NCBI GenBank assembly: GCA_964507825.1
Contig: CAZDQM010000030.1
Span: 1 to 32,000 of the forward strand
From: an uncultured Nitrosopumilaceae archaeon
GTDB lineage: Archaea; Thermoproteota; Nitrososphaeria; Nitrososphaerales; Nitrosopumilaceae
Direction: 5' to 3'
Length of the DNA stretch: 32,000 nucleotides
Below, one piece after another: positions 15,267 to 22,946 of the stretch; the stretch's first letter is position 1; each line of letters opens with the position of its first letter. The position numbers and the translations under genes are program-made. Under the pieces are notes generated by a model. That model did no database searches. It had not been told where the DNA came from and saw nothing but the letters and a program-made list of their open reading frames with translations.

Positions 15267-16064
15267 ATGCTTCAAGAGGCAGGCTATCTTGACTGGAATG
15301 ATTCCATATCCACGCTAGACAAGGCACATAGCGCTGGATTATTTGTCTTAATAATAGGCCCCAAGGGAACCGGAAAGACCACACTAGTACGGGATTTTGT
15401 CAGGAAAAAGTCCGCAAAATTAGAATCGATTAACTTTAGCCTAAGAACAAGGGAGAGTCACCTTGTCGGAACCAAGACCCTGACGGATGGAACCGTTGGG
15501 TTCGACGAGGGAATTTTAATCAAGTCGATGAGGGAGGGCGGCATACTATATCTTGATGAGATCAATGCTGCAGAGGCAGACGTGCTCCTAAGGCTAGACG
15601 AGGCGCTAGATGACAGACGTCAAATAGCGCTAAAAGAGTCGTCCGGGGAGGTCGTCAAGGCGGATCGCGGGTGGTTTGTCATTGCAACAATAAATCCCCT
15701 GACACATGTCGGGACAAAGGAGTTGCCTCCGCAGATTTTAAGCAGGTTTCCGGTAAGGATCAGGCTTGAATACCCACCCGAAGAGATCGAGATGGAGATT
15801 GTAAAAAAATATGTTTCAAGGTCCCAAGACGAGCAGATTATGCGCGGAATCAGACTTGCCAATACCCTAAGGCAGGCGGCGGCAGTCGAAGAGCTGTACT
15901 ATGCGCCGAGTCTCAGGGAGACAATTTCTTTTGCAAAAATGCTTGACTTGGACGTGCCCGAAAAAGAGGCGGCAGATCTAGTCTTTGGAAATGTTTATGC
16001 CCAGTGGGGAAACATCGAACACCAAAAAGTCAGCGACATCATCACGTCGATGTTTGAAGGCTGA
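15267..16064 (+). CDS. AAA+ ATPase, MoxR/AAA_5 class (CbbQ/NorQ/CobS-like)
   Basis: 265 aa. Walker A is IIGPKGTGKTT and Walker B is ILYLDEINAAEADVLLRLDEAL. It also has FVIATINP and PPQILSRF sensor/Arg-finger regions. The stop overlaps the ATG of the next gene (TGATG). Confidence 0.85.
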   Translation: MLQEAGYLDWNDSISTLDKAHSAGLFVLIIGPKGTGKTTLVRDFVRKKSAKLESINFSLRTRESHLVGTKTLTDGTVGFDEGILIKSMREGGILYLDEINAAEADVLLRLDEALDDRRQIALKESSGEVVKADRGWFVIATINPLTHVGTKELPPQILSRFPVRIRLEYPPEEIEMEIVKKYVSRSQDEQIMRGIRLANTLRQAAAVEELYYAPSLRETISFAKMLDLDVPEKEAADLVFGNVYAQWGNIEHQKVSDIITSMFEG

Positions 16065-17629
16065 TGTCACATCTGCAGCTACGAAACGACACGCTGCTAG
16101 AGATTGCAACATTTCTAGCAAGAAGGTGGTCGGGATTGGAGGACGTCACGGTTGAATTCTCGGAGAAAAACCAGCCTAGGACGTGGTTGAAGGAGAAAAA
16201 GATAGTGCTGTTGCCGTTTGACAAGTACCGGGGTAGTGACTTTCAGAAATACAGGCAGTTTAGAACCTCGTTATGGTACGAGTCCGTGCGCCTCAATCAC
16301 TGCAAGAAGATCCTAAGCAACGATCATGCGTTTGGATTCATCCTAAACGTGGTTGAGACAAGGCGCATTGAGAGGTTAGGCAGGAAGACATGGGGCGGGA
16401 TGGACAGGGAGTTGATGTTCAATTATGCATACATGCTAAACTACAGGCCGTCTTTGAGCTCCCTGTATGGAAAGGCAAGGATAGTCGAGGCGTTTTACCA
16501 GATGTTTTTGTTTGGCGGCATCAAGGGCGAAATGCAGTCAAGTCATGTGGAAAGGATACAACGAGCCGTCGAATTTGCAGGACGCATGCTTGAGACGGCG
16601 ATCGAAGGCGGGCACGGGACCGATTGGATGGAAAAACAGGTTCCTGAAATAATCAGGATCCTAGATATCGACTCGCTTTTGACGATTCCCATGTCATTGC
16701 CATGGATGAGGAGCGGGATGGCGCTAAATGAGGAGGAGATATTGCGCGCACTAGTCAAAATTTCAAAAAAGCGCGACGGGGACTTTGGCAAGGTTGATCC
16801 GACGGCCACGCTACGGGGCGAGGACATCTATGACGAGTACAAGGTGATCGTAAACGAGAACATGAAGAATGAAAACAGGGGACTTGGGACGGAAACCGTG
16901 GGAGTGAAAATGCCGCCAGCAGACGGTGTTGATGAGACGAAGATTTACGACTCTGATTTAATCAACAGGCTTAGAACCAAGTTCAAGGATTGGAGATCCG
17001 GCTGGAAGGAACAGCATCTTGATTCCGGTGATGAGTTTGACGAGGAGAGCTACATGGACGGGTCCGAACCGTTTTTCACGGATGTTAAAAAAACCGTCAA
17101 GACAAAGATAGTGATTTTACTGGACCACTCGTCAAGCATCTATACAGAGCAGACAGAGTACAAAAAAGCCACGCTGGCACTGTGCGAGGTCATGTCATAT
17201 CTTAAAATTAATTTTTCAGTTTATGCATTCAGCACGCACGACAGGTCGGTCGTATGCTGGCTGATCAAGCCGGAGAATGCCAAATGGAATCATGTCTCAG
17301 CAAAAAGACTAGCTCGCGTGGTGGCCAACGGCTCAACACCACTAGCAGAAGTATATGACAAGATGTTTCCCGCAATGCAGGCGGGCCGGCCGGAAATCTT
17401 CCTGACGCTGACGGACGGGGAACCCTCTGATCCGGATGCTGTACGCGCCATGATAAAATCCATAAAGTCGATCGGAATCAGAATGGTCGCCCTGGGATTT
17501 GGCCCAAACACCATCAGGGCCACTACGATTGCAAGCAACCTCAAGACGCTAGGTTACGAGAGGACGGTGGCAGTCAGCAGGCTAAGGGATATTCCAAACA
17601 GGGTTTTAGGCATATTAGACCAGTTTTAA
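16064..17629 (+). CDS. von Willebrand factor A domain protein (CbbO/NorD/CobT-like partner)
   Basis: 521 aa: a helical N-terminal region, an acidic linker (DSGDEFDEESYMDGSE) and a C-terminal VWA domain. The VWA has a complete MIDAS motif (DHSSS ... GSTPL ... LTDGEPSD). Confidence 0.8.
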   Translation: MSHLQLRNDTLLEIATFLARRWSGLEDVTVEFSEKNQPRTWLKEKKIVLLPFDKYRGSDFQKYRQFRTSLWYESVRLNHCKKILSNDHAFGFILNVVETRRIERLGRKTWGGMDRELMFNYAYMLNYRPSLSSLYGKARIVEAFYQMFLFGGIKGEMQSSHVERIQRAVEFAGRMLETAIEGGHGTDWMEKQVPEIIRILDIDSLLTIPMSLPWMRSGMALNEEEILRALVKISKKRDGDFGKVDPTATLRGEDIYDEYKVIVNENMKNENRGLGTETVGVKMPPADGVDETKIYDSDLINRLRTKFKDWRSGWKEQHLDSGDEFDEESYMDGSEPFFTDVKKTVKTKIVILLDHSSSIYTEQTEYKKATLALCEVMSYLKINFSVYAFSTHDRSVVCWLIKPENAKWNHVSAKRLARVVANGSTPLAEVYDKMFPAMQAGRPEIFLTLTDGEPSDPDAVRAMIKSIKSIGIRMVALGFGPNTIRATTIASNLKTLGYERTVAVSRLRDIPNRVLGILDQF

Positions 17630-17704
17630 GCGGAGCTTGGTCATTTTGCCAGTTAAACCGGCAGGGGCAAGAATTCGTAGATTTAGCACGGCCGCCTCGC
17701 ATAT

Positions 17705-17741
17705 GGACACGGCAAGTCCGGCCCGATGTACGGCCGTGTCC
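17705..17741 (+). repeat. perfect 9-bp GC-rich inverted repeat GGACACGGC / GCCGTGTCC, 19-nt loop
   Basis: Arms at 17705-17713 and 17733-17741. It sits between the VWA gene stop (17629) and the probable PLP-enzyme start (17796), upstream of a TATA-like AAAATTCTAAATTATG. Confidence 0.5.
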
Positions 17742-17795
17742 CCGGATCGCCATGGCGTAGAAAATTCTAAATTATGCAAGCATGCAGGAGCATGT

Positions 17796-19340
17796 ATGGA
17801 AGACGGAGGAGGTACGGATGTTGCCCTGCTTGAGCGCTTTGAGCAGGAGATCTGGAATAAAATTCCACATGTCAGGGATGGCAGGATTGTAAATGCGACG
17901 CCCCTAGTAGACCTGACGGTGGATCTAAAAGAGTGCGCAAAAAGCATCTTCAAGACGGATCTTGATTCCGTGAATCTCAAGGTTTATGGAAAATTTGATT
18001 CTAAATTGCCAAGCGGCTCAATTAAGGTCAGAGCCGCCCTGCACATTATTCACGAGGCAATAAAATCCGGCCGTCTAAAAAGCGGCCAGACCGTCATGGA
18101 GGCAACGTCTGGAAACTTTGGAATTGCCCTAGGCTTGTTGTCAAGGCTTGACGTAACAATAGTGGCCCTAGTTTCAAGAAAACTGCAAGAGGGCGTCTTT
18201 AAGGAGCTGAGAAATGAAAACATTAGAATCATGGACATGGACATGGACATCTGTCCGGCCCCCGGAATGGAGGACAAGGCAGACGAATTAGCGGCAAAGG
18301 CTACGGCCGCAAATGTAAGATCGCAGTTATCCGAGATGGGATTTGATCCGGCGCTGTTTGATGAGAATATCGTGAGGATAGAGGAGCTGCTTGCAAAGCA
18401 GGACATCATCAACCTGGCAATATTCCTATCCAAGATATACGACCTGTTTTGTCCGGCACAGTATGAAAACAGGCTGAATATCGATGTTCACAAGACGGTT
18501 ACCGCCGTGGAGATTGATGATCAGTTAGGTGAGAACGGGGCATCACTGAAAGATTATGAGGTCATCTGCGCGTTTGGCACCGGAGGCACCGCAGGTGGGT
18601 TGAGCGAGTACATATCTGAGAATTATGGGAAAAAATCCGTTCACGTGGTCTTTCCACCGGCAGGTCAGGATGTTGCAGGAATCAGGACGAGGGCCAAGGC
18701 TGATGGCCTAAAGCTGTACAATCCGCCAGCATACGCCGCAGAGCATGAAGTAGATTATGAAAAGGCCAAATTCCTGCTAAAGTTCTTTGTGGAAAAGGGG
18801 CATGACATCGGGGAGAGTACCGCGCTTGCCCTGTATGCTGTAATACAAATGGCACACTCCGGAAAGGCCTCCAAGTTTGTTACAATAGTGGCAGACGGCA
18901 TCGGAAAATATAGGAAAAACCTGGAACAGGTTTCAAGTGACAGGATTCCAATCAAGGTCGAACTTGCAGATGCGGCATCCGTTGCAAGTGAGTATGAACG
19001 GATCATATGGGTGCACCCCCAGTATGCCCCAAAGGAGGAGGGGATCGAGATCATTGCAAAATCACTCGGGGTTGACAAGTCAAAGATTGCCGTACCCGGG
19101 GCCTCCAGCGTGGATCAGATGCTGTCAACACATGAGATTCCCGAGGAGATTGCAAAGGAGTTAAAAGGTCCAAGCGGAAGGACGCTCCTAGTTTGCATGG
19201 CAGGAAACACGTCGCTAATGGCCGCCAAGGTCCTTTCAGGCAAAGGTGTAGAGGTTCAAAGCCTAAACGGGGGGATTACAAACCTGCCCGAGGCGGAAAC
19301 AAAACATCCCAGCGAATACATCACGGTTGCAAGAAGATAG
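17796..19340 (+). CDS. PLP-dependent cysteine-synthase-fold enzyme fused to a C-terminal rhodanese domain
   Basis: Fold-type II PLP motifs: LPSGSIKVRAA (Schiff-base Lys), ATSGNFG and AFGTGGTAGG. The C-terminal ~100 aa carry the rhodanese active-site loop C-M-A-G-N-T-S (GlpE-like). I moved the start from the ORF-track TTG 17637 to ATG 17796. The upstream part is GC-rich hairpin DNA, and a TATA-like box lies about 25 nt before 17796. Confidence 0.8.
   Translation: MEDGGGTDVALLERFEQEIWNKIPHVRDGRIVNATPLVDLTVDLKECAKSIFKTDLDSVNLKVYGKFDSKLPSGSIKVRAALHIIHEAIKSGRLKSGQTVMEATSGNFGIALGLLSRLDVTIVALVSRKLQEGVFKELRNENIRIMDMDMDICPAPGMEDKADELAAKATAANVRSQLSEMGFDPALFDENIVRIEELLAKQDIINLAIFLSKIYDLFCPAQYENRLNIDVHKTVTAVEIDDQLGENGASLKDYEVICAFGTGGTAGGLSEYISENYGKKSVHVVFPPAGQDVAGIRTRAKADGLKLYNPPAYAAEHEVDYEKAKFLLKFFVEKGHDIGESTALALYAVIQMAHSGKASKFVTIVADGIGKYRKNLEQVSSDRIPIKVELADAASVASEYERIIWVHPQYAPKEEGIEIIAKSLGVDKSKIAVPGASSVDQMLSTHEIPEEIAKELKGPSGRTLLVCMAGNTSLMAAKVLSGKGVEVQSLNGGITNLPEAETKHPSEYITVARR
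18231..18248 (+). repeat. (ATGGAC)x3 hexanucleotide tandem repeat inside the PLP-enzyme gene
   Basis: Read directly. It encodes MDMDMD within the insertion segment of the enzyme. Confidence 0.9.
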
Positions 19341-19343
19341 GCA

Positions 19344-19799
19344 TTGAAATGCCTGTCCGTGTCACAACCATTTGCCGACCTCATAGTCTCCGGTAGGAAA
19401 AGGATTGAGCTGCGCAGCTGGAATACGAAATTCAGGGGCGAGTTTCTAATCCACGCGCCATTAAAGGTCAGGAAGGAGGATGCGGCAAGGCTTGGAATTA
19501 CTGGAAAATTTGTCACCGGTGCAGTCATAGGTAGTGCAGAAATATTTGACGTTAAAAAATACGATACCAAAGCAGAGTTGATGAAGGATTATGAACTCCA
19601 TCTGGCATCAAAGTCGTTTTACCGTAGTGATTTTGGATTCATGTTAAGAAACGCACGGATGTTTGATGCGCCATTCCCCTGCAAGGGCATGCTTGGCTTT
19701 TTCAAAGTGCGCCTGCCCAGTAAAGAGTTCAGTGATGATTCTCTAGTGACCGAAATCATAGACGAGGAATACAGGCATCAGTGGATTGGCCGCCACTAG
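19344..19799 (+). CDS. ASCH (PUA-like) domain protein
   Basis: MKCLSVSQPFADLIVSGRKRIELRSWNTKFRGEFLIHAP matches the ASCH N-terminal pattern. 151 aa. It starts 4 nt after the preceding gene. Confidence 0.7.
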   Translation: MKCLSVSQPFADLIVSGRKRIELRSWNTKFRGEFLIHAPLKVRKEDAARLGITGKFVTGAVIGSAEIFDVKKYDTKAELMKDYELHLASKSFYRSDFGFMLRNARMFDAPFPCKGMLGFFKVRLPSKEFSDDSLVTEIIDEEYRHQWIGRH

Positions 19800-19832
19800 G
19801 TTGCAGGCGCGCTTGCGACTCCCGACAGACTC

Positions 19833-19872
19833 TATGTGATCCGCAGATAACTGTCATTTCATGGATCACATA
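19833..19872. terminator. perfect 10-bp inverted repeat TATGTGATCC / GGATCACATA between convergent genes
   Basis: Arms at 19833-19842 and 19863-19872 with a 20-nt loop. It is positioned between the stops of the plus-strand ASCH gene and the minus-strand 19891-20562 gene. There is no adjacent T-tract, so a terminator role is only inferred. Confidence 0.35.
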
Positions 19873-19890
19873 AAACCGCATGGTTGGATA

Positions 19891-20562
19891 TCAGCCCTGA
19901 AAGTCAAAGTCAAGGCTGGCAGTTTCGTTGCCATGTTTCATAATCAGCGTATAGGTTCCATCGGAGCCCCATCCGGTCCCTCCCGCGATGGCCAGGGTTG
20001 AAAACGCCCCGTCGGACTTTAGGTTGAGATTTTCCGTCCACACTAAATCATCGTTCGGGCTTTCAATGGACAGTACCACCTGGCCGCCCATCAAGATGTC
20101 AGATTTGCCGGAAATTGAGATGATGTCCCCGATGGAGTACGACTGCTCATCGACAGATAGATCCGCGATGACAGGTCCGAGTCCGCCTCCAATAATGCCA
20201 GATGCAGATATTCCGATGGCTATGACTGCAGCTAGTGCCACACCGACAAGTACGACGTTTCTGGTGCGCCGATTTCTTTTATGTACTTGGGGTTCTTGCG
20301 GCGCGGCAGAGATTTGTTGCATCGGCCGGACCGGAGTCTGAGCATAGTATGGAAGTGAAGGTGTACGCTTTTTGCGTTCGGGCCTCAATTCATCCCTGAG
20401 TTTGGCGACATAATTACGCTCATAAACTGAAATCACTTCGTTGTGTTCAGCGGCGCGCTTGATCTGTTCTAGAATGCGCTTGTCCCCCAATCCCTTGAGG
20501 ATCAGCGTATTAACATCGTCTAAGATGGTATCTGACATGCCTATGATTCGTTGATGTCCCAC
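19891..20562 (-). CDS. single-pass membrane protein with extracytoplasmic beta-rich domain, hypothetical
   Basis: 223-aa ORF: a soluble N-terminal helical part, a basic stretch, a TM helix (NVVLVGVALAAVIAIGISASGIIGG), then a ~95-aa domain (SVDEQSYSIGDIISISGKS...TYTLIMKHGNETASLDFDF). The start is probably M9 (20538). Confidence 0.6.
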   Translation of the reverse strand: MGHQRIIGMSDTILDDVNTLILKGLGDKRILEQIKRAAEHNEVISVYERNYVAKLRDELRPERKKRTPSLPYYAQTPVRPMQQISAAPQEPQVHKRNRRTRNVVLVGVALAAVIAIGISASGIIGGGLGPVIADLSVDEQSYSIGDIISISGKSDILMGGQVVLSIESPNDDLVWTENLNLKSDGAFSTLAIAGGTGWGSDGTYTLIMKHGNETASLDFDFQG

Positions 20563-20595
20563 CTTGTTTAATATTTCTGAAAACCGAGCCTGTGC

Positions 20596-20769
20596 CTAGC
20601 AGTTTATTCGTCTGGCCTGAATAATAACGGTACGCATGTAATCACGGGCCGTAGAGTCCGATATTCCCATCTGCTTGGCACGCCTGTACAAGGCCATCTC
20701 GTGGGGATATTTTAGGTAGAATTTTAGCAGGTAGTTCAGGCGATGGGATCTTTTTTCATCGCTCTTCAT
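20596..20769 (-). CDS. possible small HTH protein (57 aa), unannotated
   Basis: ATG 20769 to TAG 20596-20598 gives MKSDEKRSHRLNYLLKFYLKYPHEMALYRRAKQMGISDSTARDYMRTVIIQARRINC. AKQMGISDSTARDYMRTV looks like a helix-turn-helix. It is below the ORF-track cutoff. It sits directly upstream of, and co-oriented with, the membrane protein gene. Confidence 0.35.
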   Translation of the reverse strand: MKSDEKRSHRLNYLLKFYLKYPHEMALYRRAKQMGISDSTARDYMRTVIIQARRINC

Positions 20770-20931
20770 ACTAGGGTAATGCAGGTTTCCACTAAAAAGA
20801 GATAAGGTATTATGACATAACCGGATGTGCCACAGGGGGACAAAACACCCCTGCAGCGTTTTGATTCCTTTGGAGAATCACATTGAACGAAGGGTTCTAT
20901 ATCATTACATAATTAGTATAAAAGCACAGAT

Positions 20932-21453
20932 CTATTCCTGTTCGGGTATTACGTTGAGGGTCATGGTGGTTCTAATGTGCCCCAGGTTTCTAATCTCCCT
21001 AGTCACGATCCTTTCAAGATCATGATGATCATATGCCTCAATCCTACAAATAACGTCATAAAATCCAAAGACGACATCGCTTTCCCGGACCTGCGGAATC
21101 TTGCTTAATTTTCGCAAAACGGTATACTCTTCACCCTGATCGCAGTGAATCACGACGTATGCATGCAAGACGTTTGGTCCGGGCTCGATACCGGCCGCGC
21201 CGGCACGCGGAACAAAGATTGTCTTGTCACGGGAGCCGGTCAGGGTCATAGTCGATCGAATCTTTTCCAGCCGCCTGATTTTTTCTATAACCAGCGAATC
21301 AACGTTGTTGCCGTCAGACTCTATCTTCAAGATGACATCGTACATTCCCAAGGTGCCATGGACCTCGGTAACATCATCAATCCGCCTCAAGTCGGAGACA
21401 AGCGATCTTTCGGATCCCAGCTCGCAGTTAATCAGCACATAAGCATGTTGCAA
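20932..21453 (-). CDS. tandem double RAM (Lrp/AsnC ligand-binding) domain protein without DNA-binding domain
   Basis: 173 aa with two copies of the ~75-aa pattern (AYVLINCELGSE...VHGTLGMYDVILKIE...IRSTMTL and AYVVIHCDQGEE...VVFGFYDVICRIE...IRTTMTL). The TTG start is supported by alignment with the paralogue upstream. Confidence 0.8.
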   Translation of the reverse strand: MQHAYVLINCELGSERSLVSDLRRIDDVTEVHGTLGMYDVILKIESDGNNVDSLVIEKIRRLEKIRSTMTLTGSRDKTIFVPRAGAAGIEPGPNVLHAYVVIHCDQGEEYTVLRKLSKIPQVRESDVVFGFYDVICRIEAYDHHDLERIVTREIRNLGHIRTTMTLNVIPEQE

Positions 21454-21469
21454 AGAATCACCCGACAGA

Positions 21470-21709
21470 TTACTCTTGGCCCTCTATTCCCATCAGAGTC
21501 AGGGTAGAGCGTATCTTTGCAATCTTTCTTACCTTCCACGTAATTATTTCACGAAGCTTCTCAACCTGATCGGATTTTATCTTCGCAAGAACATCGTATG
21601 CGCCAAATGTTCCATGAACCTCGATTACGCCGTCAATGGATTTTAATTCTGAAATGACGAATTCCTCGGAACCTAGTTCGCAGTTAATCAGTACGTATGC
21701 TGTAGGCAT
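21470..21709 (-). CDS. stand-alone RAM (Lrp/AsnC ligand-binding) domain protein
   Basis: 79 aa: MPTAYVLINCELGSEEFVISELKSIDGVIEVHGTFGAYDVLAKIKSDQVEKLREIITWKVRKIAKIRSTLTLMG. It lies 16 nt upstream of the double-RAM gene. Confidence 0.8.
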   Translation of the reverse strand: MPTAYVLINCELGSEEFVISELKSIDGVIEVHGTFGAYDVLAKIKSDQVEKLREIITWKVRKIAKIRSTLTLMGIEGQE

Positions 21710-22014
21710 CTAATATTCAACCACCGGTTTCATAATAATAGATAGTACAACACGTATTTAATGACTAATGTTGAAAAACTGAAAAAATGTAACTAAAAAA
21801 ACGAATTTTTTAACATTTGCACACATATGGATCATATTATGAATGATTAGTAACACGGAAGAATTAATCAGATTTCATGACCAAAACGGCGCCCTGCGTT
21901 GAACCAGTAACCCTTTGTCAACGTAGAATCATGGATGAATGGGGCAAGGTATGCTAGAATGTCGTGACGAATAGGGATTGCAAATGTTAAATATTTACAC
22001 GTATCAATATATGC

Positions 22015-22284
22015 ATGGCAAAAATAAAACGTGTAACCGGAAGAGGTACCGGTAGCAGGGTGGCCGAGGATGACAGTCAGAACTGGGCAGGAGACGCCTA
22101 CAGGAAAAAGCAGGCTGAAAGAAAGGCAAAGGCGGGCAACACCACGGTCACTACTAGGCGCGGAACCAAAAAGACAAAGCTAAAGGACATACCGGAACCA
22201 TCTGCAAGAAAGTCTACTGCAGGCAGGACAAGGGTCACTGCTAGGGGAACCGGTACGCGAAAAAGCAAAAATACTGGCAGCTAG
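22015..22284 (+). CDS. highly basic low-complexity protein with terminal RVT-x-RGTG-x-R repeats
   Basis: 89-aa ORF after a 300-nt AT-rich region. RVTGRGTGSR lies near the N-terminus and RVTARGTGTR near the C-terminus, with VTTRRGTKKTK in the middle. No family recognised. Confidence 0.5.
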   Translation: MAKIKRVTGRGTGSRVAEDDSQNWAGDAYRKKQAERKAKAGNTTVTTRRGTKKTKLKDIPEPSARKSTAGRTRVTARGTGTRKSKNTGS

Positions 22285-22946
22285 GCATCAGGAGTAGATG
22301 TTGCTGATTGGAGCTTTTTCCAATCTGCTAAAAAATTCTCCAGTCCAATGTCGGTAAGCGGATGCTTTAGCATTTTGTCTAGGACTGACGGAGGTAGCGT
22401 GACGATGTGCGCACCAACCTTTCCCGCGTCCACCACGTGTTGAGGATGCCTTATACTGGCCACTAGAATCTCGGTTCCAAAGGAATAGTTCAGGAATATC
22501 TCCCTGATCTCACGGATCAGATCCATTCCAACATGCCCGATGTCGTCTAGCCTTCCAATAAATGGACTGACGTACTTTGCGCCTGATTTTGCCGCCAGGA
22601 TTGCCTGGTTGGAGGAGAATATCAGGGTCACGTTTACCGGAATTCCCTCAGATGAAAACGTCTTGCATGCGCGCAGGCCGTCCGGAGTCATCGGCACCTT
22701 GATGACCACGTTGTCACCGTACCGTCTTAGTCTCCTGCCTTCCTCAATCATTCCCTCATATTTCGTGCTGATGACCTCAAGGCTGACGTCACCTTTGACG
22801 ATTTCCGTGATTTGCCTCATGTACGCGTGCGGATCACTTTTTTCCTTGGCAAGCAGGCTAGGGTTGGTTGTTATTCCATCTAGCAACCCCATGTCGTTGA
22901 ATCTTTTAATGGATTCTAGGTTTGCAGTATCAAGAAAGATCTTCAT
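22281..22946 (-). CDS. tal: transaldolase (short, fructose-6-phosphate-aldolase-like type)
   Basis: 221 aa: MKIFLDTANLESIKRFNDMGLLDGITTNPSLLAKE...VVIKVPMTPDGLRA...NVTLIFS...YVSPFIGRLDDIG. Confidence 0.93.
   Translation of the reverse strand: MKIFLDTANLESIKRFNDMGLLDGITTNPSLLAKEKSDPHAYMRQITEIVKGDVSLEVISTKYEGMIEEGRRLRRYGDNVVIKVPMTPDGLRACKTFSSEGIPVNVTLIFSSNQAILAAKSGAKYVSPFIGRLDDIGHVGMDLIREIREIFLNYSFGTEILVASIRHPQHVVDAGKVGAHIVTLPPSVLDKMLKHPLTDIGLENFLADWKKLQSATSTPDA

Noticed and set aside
17637-17795. 53-codon N-terminal extension of the PLP-rhodanese ORF, and the antisense 121-aa ORF at 17615-17980.
   Set aside because: The extension starts at a TTG. It translates to an R/A/S/P-rich, non-protein-like sequence and contains a perfect GC-rich hairpin and a TATA-like box. 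ATG 17796 gives a sensible N-terminus.
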